A stretch of DNA of 64,000 bases from Malacoraja senta (lineage: Eukaryota): the NCBI GenBank assembly GCA_038087875.1, contig JAXLNO010000656.1:1-64000 (forward strand), written 5' to 3'. A model generated the notes under the pieces. The model was given only the letters and a program-made list of their open reading frames with translations. It had not been told where the DNA came from and did no database searches. Numbering within the stretch: the stretch's first letter is position 1; each line of letters begins with the position of its first letter. Made by a program: the position numbers and the translations under genes. This document shows positions 10,540 to 22,116 of the stretch, one piece after another.

Positions 10540-11969
10540 TTTTAATTTTTTATTTATTTTTTTATTTTTATTTTATTAGAAGTAAGTACAATTGTATACA
10601 ATCATATTTTCATAATACCTTTTATGTACAGCTTCTTATTTAAAATTTTTTTTTAAATAAAGAAGAAAAGGAAAAAAGTTAGATAATGAAAAATAGAAAA
10701 ATGTGAGATATATAGTGTGTGAAAAAGAAAAATAAAGAATGAAATAAGAAAGTTGAGACATAGAAAATAGAAGAAAGAGAATAAATGAAAAGAAGAGAAG
10801 AAAAGAAAATAGAAGGAGATCATTTATAATCTTGACCATCCGCAGTCACGGATTAGCTTTTACACCTGTTTTGCACCATACGTTTCCAAAAAGACGACAA
10901 ATGGAGACCAACTCGTTATGAATTGGTCAAATTTATCTATTAGGAGGAATCGCATTTCCTCAAGATGTGCGGTATCCAACATACTTGCAATCCACATTTT
11001 GAGCGTTGGTATTGGTGTATTTTTTCCAAAATTTCAATATTAATTTTTTTGCTATTATTAAACCATAATTAAAAATTGACTTTTGAGATGAGCTCAATTT
11101 GTTCCCGTCTTCCATTACCCCAAATATAATCAATTCATTATTGGGTTCCATTTTTGTCTTAAATAATTTTGTAAATATTTCGAAAATATCACTCCAAAAT
11201 CCATGAAGTTTTATACAAGAAACAAAAGAGTGTGTTATAGTTGCTTCTTGGATTAAACATTTATCGCAAATGGGCGATATATTTGGATAAAATTTCTTTA
11301 ATCTTGTTTTTGAGTAATATAATCTATGTAAAATTTTAAATTGGATTAGATTATGTCTTGCGTTAATCGAACACTTGTGAATGTATGTCAAATACTTTTC
11401 CCATGTAGCCTTCGTAATTTTTATCAATAATTCCCGTTCCCACTCTTCTCTAATTACCTCGGTCACAGGTAAATCTATATTTAAGATACTATTATATAAA
11501 TATGCTATTAATTTTTGTGTATCAGCTTTTATATTCATTACTTCTTCTAGTAAATCAGGAGTTATTTTTTGATATCCCTGTATGTATGTCTTCAAAAAAT
11601 TACAAATCTGAAAATATTTAAAATAATGAGTGTTTTTCAGTTTAAATTTTAATTGTAATTGTTGAAATGATAATAAATCTCCCATTTCATACATATCCCC
11701 GATCCTTTTAATTCCTAAACTTTCCCATTGATTATATATTTTATCCATCATAGATGGTTTAAATAAAGGATTATTCGCTATCGGTGTTAACAATGATAGG
11801 TTTCTTAATTTTAAGGATAGTTTTATTTGTTTCCATATTCTTATTGTATCTTGTATAATTGGGTTTTTCTTATATATTGTATTGTTCATTTTTTTCGGGG
11901 AGAAGAGGATTGTTCCTATATTACAAGGATAACAATCCTCTTTCTCCATTTTTATCCATTCTGTCTGTT
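10540..11969 (-). mobile_element. 5'-truncated L1-clade LINE (ORF2 C-terminus, 3'UTR, A-rich tail) with 8-bp TSD
   Basis: ORF 10960-11949(-) has CSINARHNLIQFKILHRLYYSK and CDKC..QEATITHSF..C. TSD GAGGATTT at 10532-10539 and 11970-11977; the empty site is at 9254-9261. Confidence 0.93.
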
Positions 11970-12248
11970 GAGGATTTAAGGAGTGAAAATTAAGAAAAGG
12001 TTAAAGAGCCAGACATTGGGAAGGAATTCCATAATTTAGTGATTTGGCAGCAAAGGCATGATTTTACTTCGGAGTCACGTGAGTGACTACGTGAAGAAGC
12101 CCGTCAGTGCGCCTGCGCGTCATTACGTCAGACGCCTTGACGCAAACGGACGTGAGGAGCAGTGCTCCTCGAGTGGTTTGTAGTTTTTCAACTACAAGGT
12201 AAGTAAAAACTTTTTTACAGGTTTTCCAGGTCCGTTTACTGTGGGTCT

Positions 12249-13480
12249 ATGGCGATTTTTTCCACAGACGCCATGGGAAAAAACGGACAGGGGGAAGAGG
12301 CGAGCGACAGAGCCGACAGAAGTCGGGAAAGTCGGGAGTCCGCGGTTAGAGACCAACCGCCTCTAAACCCCGGTACAGTCGCCAGCGGTGAGCATAGCGA
12401 CTGTGGACCTGGGGCTGGTGAAAACACAGTCAGTGCCTGTCGAGCAAAAGACAAAGTTTAAATCCCAACGGAGGGAGTCCCAGGCAATGAAGAAGCTCCA
12501 GGGCTAGATACTGCTTTAGAGCGTATTGCCCAAATAGAAAGCCTTTTACACAGGCTGTTGGAGCAACGTTCACTCAGTGAGGAGTGTTCTGAAAGCCAAG
12601 CTGCTGGAAACAGCTCAAACAGCTCCTGGTACAGGGCTAGATACTGCTTTCGAGCGTATTGCCCAAATAGAAGCCTTTTTCATAGGTTGTTGGAGCAAAA
12701 GTTCACTCAGGAAGGAGTGTACTGTAATCCAAGCTGCAGGAGCAGCTCAACAGCACCTGGCTCAGGGCTGATGGATGCACCCTCAGGAATGAGGAGCGTG
12801 CTACGGGTCATGAGATTTCAGACCCCGACTCTGACGGTGAGGCTGTACAAGGCGATGAAAGGCAGCTGCCAGATGTTCCAACCCTGGTAGTAGGATTCGC
12901 TGCCCCGTCAGGGTCAGGAGAGCCATTAGGAAGAACTGGCCTCCTTAATAAATTACTTGGTTTACCATTAGCTGGAACAGCATGAAATGGATGAGACTGC
13001 AAGAGTATCTGGAATCAGTTGCAGAGAATATTAAAGCTGCTGGGTTCTGGAATAACTGCTTTTACCAGAATAGCAGGTAACAACCAAAAGATGACGAAGT
13101 TGCATCAGCAAGCACTGGGGTTGCTATGCAGCACCCACTTCGAGAAGTGCTATACGGTCTACTATGAATCCGAAATTCGCAGCACTCTGCAAACCAAGTA
13201 ATATACAAATTACCCAACTTACTCTTTGGAGAGATCTCGGGAGACGTATTAAAGAGTTGGAAGATGAAGCGAAAACAGGATTGATAAAGACATCAATGGT
13301 TGTGAAGTCTGTAAAGAGGAAGTATCCTTTCAGACGTCATACGGATCCTGGACCAAGTCGCTCATCAACGCAGGGACGTAGTTGGCGGCCTGCAGCGGGA
13401 GCAAGAACCAGTGGGCGTGCTTCCGGGAGAACCCAGGAATCTCAGGGTACTCAAATGACTCAAGAGGTAGGTGGACCTGG
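12249..13480 (+). pseudogene. DIRS gag-like ORF1, frameshifted
   Basis: Lies upstream of RT. The pieces MTKLHQQALGLLCSTHFE and MNPKFAALCKP...IKELEDEAKT match the ORF at 63142-63636(-) of the second DIRS. Confidence 0.65.
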
Positions 13481-15344
13481 TTCTCATGGGAACATACTAA
13501 CTGGATTAAGTCCAAAAGTTGGAGGCAGGTTACATTTCTTCTATAATAATTGGAAGAAAATTACTTCAGATGTGGTAATCCTGAATAATATACAAGGATT
13601 TCGAATTGAATTCAATCCAAATCATGTTCCTAGCCGAACTCTGCACTTTGTACAAAAAGAAGTGATGGAGGTTCAGGTTGCAATTGAAACCCTATATTTA
13701 AAAAAAGGGGTTATTGAAAAATCAGTCTACCAAAGTCACCAATTTGTGTCAAAAATATTCCCTCGATCAAAAAAGGATGGAGGATGTAGGATTCTTGTAG
13801 ATTTGATAAATCTGAATCCTTTTGTGCAATTTAGACATTTTAAAATGGAAACATTTGTGACTGCCAAACAGCTTATTTCAGAAGCATGTTATATGGCAAC
13901 TATAGACTTGAAAGATGCATATTATTCAGTGTCTGTTCATTCAGAAGATAGGAAGTATCTTAAATTTAAATGGATAAACCAGTTGTGGCAGTTCAAAGCT
14001 CTGCCTAAGGGGTTAATATCTGCACTCAGAATATTCACAAAAATTGTTAAAACCAATTCTGGGCTTGCTGAGTAGCCAGGGGCATGTACTAATGGCATAT
14101 TTGGATGATGTCTTGATTATAGGAAAGACAAAACAGTCAACAGAAGTATCTGTTGCAGTTGTGAAATCAACTTTTGAAAAGTTGGGGTTTCTAATTCATC
14201 CACAGAAATCTAGGTTAACACCATGTACCTCTATTAATTATTTGGGGTTCACAATTGATTCAGTCCAAATGAATATCACTTTGCCCAGGGAAAAGGGTGG
14301 ATTTGATTAAAGATTGCAGTAATCTCCTAAACGAGCAAAAACCTTCAATTAGACAGGTGGCTCGTGTACTGGGAAAATTAGTAGCAGCATTCCCAGCAGT
14401 CCAATTTGGACCATTACATTATCAACAGCTGCAGAGACTTAAAGAACAGGCACCGAGAATGCATGTTGGTCATTTTGATAGAACCATGCAACTAACAACA
14501 AATGCTGTTTCTGGTCTGCAGTGGTGGATTCTACATGTCTCAAGCAGTTCCAGCAAAGTGCTGATTGAACAACCTTCCATGATATTACAAACTGATGCCA
14601 GTGCACCAGGATGGGGTGCAACTGACTTAACGTCTAGCTGAGGAGGCAGATGGAATCAGGAAGAGTCATTGTTACTGCAGACATGGGGAATTAACTATTT
14701 GGAGCTTCTAGGATGTTTCTATGGGCTCCAAGCTTATTGTTCTAACACAACTAATAAGCATGTTCAAGTTCAAATTGATAACACAACAGTAGTTGTTTAT
14801 ATTAATGATATGGAATTAAGTCGGTGTCTTGTGACAAAATGGTTAATCAACTTTGGGCTTGGTGTATTGAAAAGAACATTTGGATTTCAGCTATCTATCT
14901 ACCAGGTAGAATGAACGATAGCAGACACCAAGTCACGAAAAGTTCCATGATAATAAAGAATGGATGTTGAATCAAGAGGTATTCAATGATATAGTCATCA
15001 GATTTGGAATGACCGACATCGACTTGAATCATCAGCTATCGAGATATGTCTCATGGAAACCAGATCCAGGAGCAGTGGCGATTGATGCTTTCTCGCTACA
15101 TTGGGGTGGTATGTTTTCATATATATTTCCACCTTTCTGCCTCATAAGCCAATGTTTGCTTAAAATCAGGCAAGATGCTGCTTCAAGGGTATTGGTAGTA
15201 CCAGATTGGCCTACACAGCCATGGTATCCGTTGATATTAGAATTAACAACACAAATGTTGATGAAAGTCCCAAAAAAGAGTAATTTATTGCTGCTCCCTG
15301 TACAGGGGAACAACATCCATTATATGATTGTTTGGATTTGTTGA
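13455..15344 (+). pseudogene. DIRS pol: reverse transcriptase, RNase H and methyltransferase-like domain, broken into at least 5 pieces
   Basis: RT: KKDGGCRILVDL, IDLKDAYY, AYLDDVL. RNase H: LQTDASAPGWGA, INYLEL, IDNTT. MT-like: DAFSLHW...YIFPPFCLI...VPDWPTQPWYP. Confidence 0.9.
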
Positions 15345-15359
15345 TTTGCAGGTTTTAAG

Positions 15360-16300
15360 AATGCCTTTTCTGGGACGAGGACTGTCTGAGCATACTGTGG
15401 ACATGCTTACGGCAGCCTGGAGGAAGAGCACTCAAAAACAGTACCTTTCTTATATTAAGAAATGGGAAAAGTTCTGGGTACAAAAGAATGTGCAATAAAG
15501 TACTGCAGATATTTCAAATGTTTAGAATTTCTGTCAAAACTTTATTATGACGAAGGTCTGAGTTGTAGTGCAATTAATTCAGCCAGAAGTGCATTGTCCT
15601 CATATTTGGTTCTGGATTCAGAAAGAAACTCAATTGGGTCACACCCAATTGTTTCCAGACTAATGAAAGGAATCTTTAATTCCAAACCACCGAAACCTAG
15701 GTACGTGACAATCTGGGATGTAAGTGTGGTACTGAAACTACTTCGTGATGGTTATCAAGTGTGTCTTTACCTTTGGTCAAGCTCAGTATGAAAGTATTCA
15801 TGTTTATGGCATGAGTGACAGCACAACGAGTGCAAACACTTGGAAAATTACAAATGGATAGTATGGAACTAACTGAAGACCTAATAAAGCAAATTAGGCC
15901 AGGTGTGACAAGGATTTAAAATTATGCTGGCAGCATATCCAAATGATCCATGTCTTTGTATTAAGACATATTTATTACAATACATTGAGGTCACAAAGAA
16001 TTTGAGAATACGGAAACTGGGTTTTTGATCACACACAAGAAACCACACAAGAGAGTTTCAATACAGACTATTTCCAGATGGATAAAAGAAGTCTTAACAG
16101 CTGCTGGTATTAACACTTATGTTTTTACGTCTCACTCGACTAGGGCAGCAGAAATGTCGGCGGCCAGGGCAAAAGATGGCCCGTCGACCATATCCTCGCA
16201 GCCGCCGGGTGGTCCAATGAGTTGATGTTTCAACATTTTTACCATCGGCCTATTGTTAATGCGGGGTTGTTTGCAGAAACTATTTTAAGTTCTGTGTAAA
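15360..16300 (+). pseudogene. DIRS tyrosine recombinase, disrupted
   Basis: AINSARSALSS...HPIVSRLMKGIFNSKPPKPRY...WDV, then TISRWIKEVL..AGI...FTSHSTRAA (HxxR box). Confidence 0.88.
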
Positions 16301-16467
16301 TTCCTCTGGTTTAAAGGGGATCTGATTCATTTCATTCTTGAAATGAATTACTGCATTTGTGGTACAAATGTTATTATGAATGCATGATTGATTATTCTCG
16401 TTCCGAGTCAATCTATGCAGTGAGAAGCCGGGATTGATCCACGGCATGAAATCACAAAGCTTTAAAA

Positions 16468-16581
16468 TCTTCACGTAGTCACTCACGTGACTCCGAAGTA
16501 AAATAGTAAGATTAAATGAGAACTTACCTAAGTTTGAAGTTTGATCTTTATTTTATGAGGAGTTACGTAGGTGATTACGTG
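16468..16581. other. DIRS internal complementary region (ICR) spanning the circle junction
   Basis: Its reverse complement equals the element's right end + ATT + left end (…AATCTTACT-ATT-TTACTTCGGAGTCACGTGAG…). Confidence 0.93.
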
Positions 16582-17574
16582 CCCGCCACGACCCTACCCT
16601 CTATCATAAAGGTCAGATGGAAGTTCTTGTATTACTCGTTTTAGTATGAGACTATATTACTTCGGTTCTTGTTTTTTGTGATTTCACACCGCTGCTTTGA
16701 AGATTGACGCGCAGGCGCACTGACGGGCTTCTTCACGTAATCACCTACGTAACTCCTCATAAAATAAAGATCAAACTTCAAACTTAGGTAAGTTCTCGTT
16801 TAATCTTACTATTAGTGATGGTGAAGCAATTAAATGATGGGTTTTTGAAGAGGAATTGAGTGAGTGCCAATGTCAATACATTTCATAGAGTTGGAGCAGA
16901 TTCTAGAAATTGGGATGGATGAAATCATGGAAGAATTTGAAAATAAGCTTGAAATTTTAAAAATCCAAGGAAAGGAAATGAATCAAAAGTTTTGAACCGG
17001 GAGCCATAAGGTGGGCAAGAACATATTAGACAAGCAATGATATGATCTTGTATTTTTGATAGAGAATAAGTATAACATTGAATAGCATTCCTACTCCCTT
17101 CTGTGCCTAAATAATTAACATAATAGCAAAATGTAAGTATTAGAATGGGGTGATAATTGGAGAGAGTGAATAGAGGGATTAGAGCATTGGTGCTCACAGA
17201 ATGTGGAAGCTCCAGTGGAATTTGCATTGATTGAGGTTTACCCATGATTTGAGATTAAAATCTCTCTGTATGCCATCAAAGGATATGTGTGTTGCTGGCA
17301 AGGTTGGTGTCAATGCCCATCTTTATTTGGAAGCTGTAATTAATTGAGATCTTTGAAATATATTAATAACACTGTTTTGCTGTAAAATTGAATACTTAGT
17401 TGCAGAATTCAATTGGAATTTGCTATTCAATTTAATTTTTAATGGGCTAATTTGGTTAGGTTTGAAAGAGTTAGAATTATTGACAATTTGTACAAACAGA
17501 AATTTTAAAAACAAATTGCAAATATATCCAGCATCTGTGGGAAAAGTAAATTAAGTTACTGTTTCAATCTGTTA

Positions 17575-17896
17575 TGGTCCTGTCCCACTTAGGCGATTTT
17601 TTTGGGCGAATACAGGCGACTGCCGCAAAATTTTCAACATATTGAAAAATATTCGGCGACAGTAGAGACAATTTTTGCTGTCTTTTGTTGTCGTGGGTTG
17701 TCGTAGGTTGTCGTAGGTTGTCGTAGGTTGTCATCAGGTGTCATAGGTGAATTCCATTAAAACCCATTCCATTCCCCTGGCAGTTGCATAAAGGGCCTGT
17801 CCCACATGGGCGATTTTTTAGCGGACAGCCCGGCGATTGTCATGTTCACGGCACTCGCTGAAAAACTGGGATCTGGAACGGCGAGTGTCAGAGTGG

Positions 17897-17946
<50 letters not shown>

Positions 17947-18616
17947 TCGCAAAGGCGGGGGCCAGGGAAAGCGGGGGAGCACTGTCTGAAATTCACACGG
18001 TGCAAAGCCAAGGTGATACAGACACACACCGCGATGAACAGGAAGGTTAAGATGGCTAGCACAGTGTACGGTAAGTCCTTTAAAAGAGAGGGGGGGAGGG
18101 GAGGAGGGGTGGAGGGGTGGAGGGGGAGAAGGAGAGGCAAAACTTTTAAGAAGCCAGACAACTTTTAATAAGCCAGAGATACACAGCTGTGAAGTTTGGC
18201 GGGTTCTGAAAACTCGTGCTTATGTTTTCCCCCCCCCCAATAAGCCAATGAAAATGCCCGGTCAGCAAAGGCGATTAACTAAAACTACCTACGACTAGCT
18301 CGACTACCTATAACTACATGGCGACCCTACTACAACTGCACCTACGACTACAAAAGTATCGATTTTCTCCATGGCGACCATTTTTTGGTTGCAGAAAGAT
18401 TTTCAACATGTTGAAAAATTTGTGGCGACCATACTGAGGCCGCGACTAGTTCCCAGAATGCGGGAACTCCTCGCGACCATGAAGGAGACTCACCAGAGAC
18501 CACCAGCGAACATGTGGCGACCATGTGGTGATCATGTGGCAACCATGTGGCGATCATGTGGCGAGCGCAGAGTCTCCTGCACTCGCCTAAAAAGTCAACT
18601 AAGTGGGACAGGCCCA
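17575..18616. mobile_element. Composite Harbinger-type MITE (two left TIRs at 17575 and 17792, one right TIR)
   Basis: TGGTCCTGTCCCACTTAG...CTAAGTGGGACAGGCCCA with TTA TSD; internal TAA|AGGGCCTGTCCCAC; contains (GTCGTAGGTT)n and (CA)n. Confidence 0.82.
17898..17940. repeat. (CA)n microsatellite
   Basis: About 21 uninterrupted AC units. Confidence 0.95.
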
Positions 18617-19963
18617 TTACTGTTTCGGCTGGAGATCTTTTAGATTAGAGTTTATATTTTAAATGTGTGGTTGTTGTGAAGAAGGTTAATAGAGCCGTTA
18701 GTAACATATTCAATTTATGTGGGCGGAGGAGTAGTCTAGCATGTGCCATGAAATTCCTTCCTTTTCTTGACTTAGACTGCCATAAACAGGGGATAGGCAG
18801 CCAGCTCTCAGACTTGGCAAAGATTGTCTTGTGACAAAGATTAAGAACTCAGGAATCATACACTCAATTTGGTTTGTTCAACCAGAAACAAATACAGTGC
18901 CTTTTTGTCAGGCATCACCAGGCAATTATATTTAGCAAACGCTACAAAATTTGAAATTGGCCTGATATTATTTTTCCTCTAACCCAGGAACAAGGAAATG
19001 GCAGATGAGTTGAACAGGTACTTTGGATCTGTTTTCACTAAGGAAGACACAAACAATCTCCCAGATGTACCAGTGGCCAGAGGACCTAGGGTGACAGAGG
19101 AACTGAGGGAAATTCACATTAGGCAGGAAATGGTGTAGGGTAGACTGATGGGACTGAAGGTTGATAAATCCCCAGGGCCTGCTGGTCTGCATCCCAGGGT
19201 ACTTAAGGAAGTGGCTCTAGAAATCGTGGATGTATTGGTGATCATTTTCCAATGTTCTATAGATTCAGGATCAGTTCCTGTGGATTGGATGGTAGCTAAT
19301 GTTATCCTACTTTTTAAGAAAGGCGGGAGAGAGAAACAGGGAATTATAGACCAGTTAGCCTGACATTGGTGGTGGGGAAGATGCTGGAGTCAATTATAAA
19401 AGATGAAATAGCAGCACATTTGGATAGCAGTAACAGGATCGGTCCGAGTCAGCATGGATTTACGAAGGGGAAATCATGCTTGACTAATCTTCTGGAATTG
19501 TTTGAGGATGTAACTAGGAAAATGGACAAGGGAGAGCCAGTGGATGTAGTGTACCTGGACTTTCAGAAAGCTTTTGATAAGGTCCTACATAGGAGATTAG
19601 TGGGCAAAATTAGAGCACAGGGTATTGGGGGTAGGGTACTGACAGGGATAGAAAATTGGTTGGCAGACAGGAAACAAAGAGTAGGGATTAACGGGTCCCT
19701 TTCAGAATGGCAGGCAGTGACTAGCGGGGTACCGCAAGGCTCGGTGCTGGGACCGCAGCTATTTACAATATACATTAATGATTTAGATGATGGGGATTAA
19801 AAGTAACATTAACAAATTTGCAGACACAAAGCTGGGTGGCAGTGTGAAGTGTGAGGAGGATGCTATGAGGATGCAGGGTGACTTGGACAGGTTGGGTGAG
19901 TGGGCAGATGCATGGCAGATGCAGTTTAATGTGGATAAATGTGAGGTTATCTACTTTAGTAAC

Positions 19964-20256
19964 TAAGGATAAGGGGGAAATCCTTTAAGACCGAGATGAG
20001 GAAAAACTTTTTCACACAGAGAGTGGTGAATCTCTGGAACTCTCTGCCACAGAGGGTAGTTGACGCCAGTTCATTGGCTATATTTAAGAGGGAGTTAGAT
20101 GTGGCCCTTGTGGCTAAAGGGATCAGGGGGTATGGAGAGAAGGCAGGTACGGGATACTGAGTTGGATGATCAGCCATGATCATATTGAATGGCGGTGCAG
20201 GCTCGAAGGGCCGAATGGCCTACTCCTGCACCTATTTTCTATGTATCTATGTATCT
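19964..20256 (+). mobile_element. Young CR1 3' end nested in the older CR1
   Basis: Interrupts the host at ...GTTATCTACTTTAGTAAC / AAACAGGCAGGCAG. It has a (TATCTATG) tail and is near-identical to 6783-7075(-). Confidence 0.87.
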
Positions 20257-20560
20257 AAAACAGGCAGGCAGATTATTATCTGAATGGTGTCAAGTTGGGA
20301 AAAGGGGAAGTACAATGAGATCTGGGGGTCCTTGTTCATCAGTCACTGAAAGTAAGCATGCAGGTCCAGCAGGCAGTGAAGAAAGCTAATGGCATGTTGG
20401 CCTTCATAACAAGAGGAGTTGAGTATAGGAGCAAAGAGGTCCTTCTGCAGTTGTACAGGGCCCTAGTGAGACCACACCTGGAGTATTGTGTGCAGTTTTG
20501 GTCTCCAAATTTGAGGGACATTCTTGCTATTGAGGGAGTGCAGCGCTGGCTCACGAGGTT

Positions 20561-20761
20561 AATTCCCGTGATGGCGGGACTATCATATGTTGATAGAATG
20601 GAGCGGCTGGCTTGTAAACTCTGGAATTTGGAAGGATGAGAAGGGATCTTATTGAAACATATGTTTCAATAAGATCCCTTCTCACCCTTCTTAATTCCAG
20701 AGTATACAAGCCCAGCCGCTCCATTCTGTCAACATATGATAGTCCCGCCATCACGGGAATT
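20561..20761. repeat. Spacer-less inverted repeat with ~100-bp arms inside CR1
   Basis: ...GATCTTATTGAAACAT|ATGTTTCAATAAGATC...; centre 20660/20661; arms end in AATTCCCGTGATGG / CCATCACGGGAATT. Confidence 0.92.
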
Positions 20762-22116
20762 TTATATATAATTAAGGGATTGGACACGCTAGAGGCAGGA
20801 AACATGTTCCCGATGTTGGGGGAATCCAGAACCAGGGACCACAGTTTAAGAATTAGGGGTAGGCCATTTAGAACGGAGATGAGGAAAAACCATTTCACCC
20901 AGAGAGTTGTGAATCTGTGGAATTCTCTGCCTCAGAAGGCAGTGGAGGCCAATTCTTTGGATGCTTTCAAGAGAGAGTTAGATAAAGCTTTTAAATATAG
21001 CGGTCAGGGGATATGGTGAGAAGGCAGGAACGGGATACTGAGAGTGGATGATCAGCCATGATCAGATTGAATGGGGGTGCTGGCTCGAAGGGCCGAATGG
21101 CCTATTCCTGCACCTATTGTCTATTGTTTATTTATCATAAAGAAACTGGGATCAGCTAAACTGGTTTCCATTTCTTTTTCCAGATTCCTAGGAATCGTTT
21201 GGAAACTTTTAAAAACTATTCAAATGGATTTAAATGATAAAAAAAAAACACATTAAAACAAGTAAAAATATTAATGTAGAATAAGTAAAGCACTGTCGTG
21301 CACTTTGCTTTCCCTGTTGGTAGCCTCATTGATAGAGTAGGGTCTGCATTTATTCTTTCACCCTCCCTGACTTAAAACTGTAGCCCCTAAAGTCTCTTTC
21401 AGGTGATTTTTCATCATCTGGCTTATTCAGTTTCAGATGGCTATTTGATTACTGAATATATTAACGAAGTAGATAACTGAGGACATTTTGTCCTCCCCCC
21501 TAACATCCAGATATGCGATTTATCTTTTGATGGGCATGAGAAAGCAATGGTAAATAGAAATCTCATTAAGCCCAGAATTCATCCCCAGATATCACTAGGA
21601 TGATGAAGCCAGTGGAGGTTAGACCAAACAATAAGCTTGTATCACTCCTAATTGTAATGACTGTTTACCAAACCATATTGTGCACTGCAAACCTGTAAAT
21701 TTGGAGTAAATTAGAGCTTAGTTTCTATGATGGATTGATATAAACGGATGAAGAGGTGATTGGTTTTGAGTAACAACATGACCCCTGACTGTATGCAAAA
21801 ATCGCTGTTTTCTTAGGCTGATGAATATTACAGACAATATTACAGAATATTACAAATTTCTATTTCCCTTATTCCAGATTACATACATTTATTACCATAT
21901 TGAGACATTTCATAGTATTCCTCTCTGTAGCAATCCATTCCAAAGCAGCAACATAATTGTTTCATTTTTTTAAATAGTTACATAAAGTCCATAGGATTGG
22001 AATTGATTCATCTTTTGATGCTGATGTTTTGGGCCCGGTTATTGGAGGTAATTGTGCAGCTTAGGCAGTGGGCAGGTCAGCAATCATTGGTACCTATCAT
22101 GTTACAGGTGATACAG

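Larger units (their letters stand above)
12061..16813 (+). mobile_element. Structurally complete DIRS1-type tyrosine-recombinase retrotransposon with disrupted ORFs
   Basis: Left ITR 12061-12122; right ITR plus extension 16705-16813; internal complementary region 16468-16581; gag-like, RT/RNaseH/MT and YR remnants in canonical order. Confidence 0.95.
9742..17204 (+). repeat. Tandem duplication, copy B (interrupted by L1 and DIRS insertions)
   Basis: Colinear with copy A once 10540-11977 and 12064-16813 are removed. Confidence 0.93.
18981..21126 (+). mobile_element. CR1 LINE, RT-to-3'-end portion, with a nested CR1 and a fold-back inversion
   Basis: [72 protein letters not shown] tail. Confidence 0.93.

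Noticed and set aside
15360..16300. Phage integrase or prophage contamination
   Set aside because: The recombinase lies within a DIRS with RT, ITRs and ICR, and is integrated in vertebrate intronic DNA.
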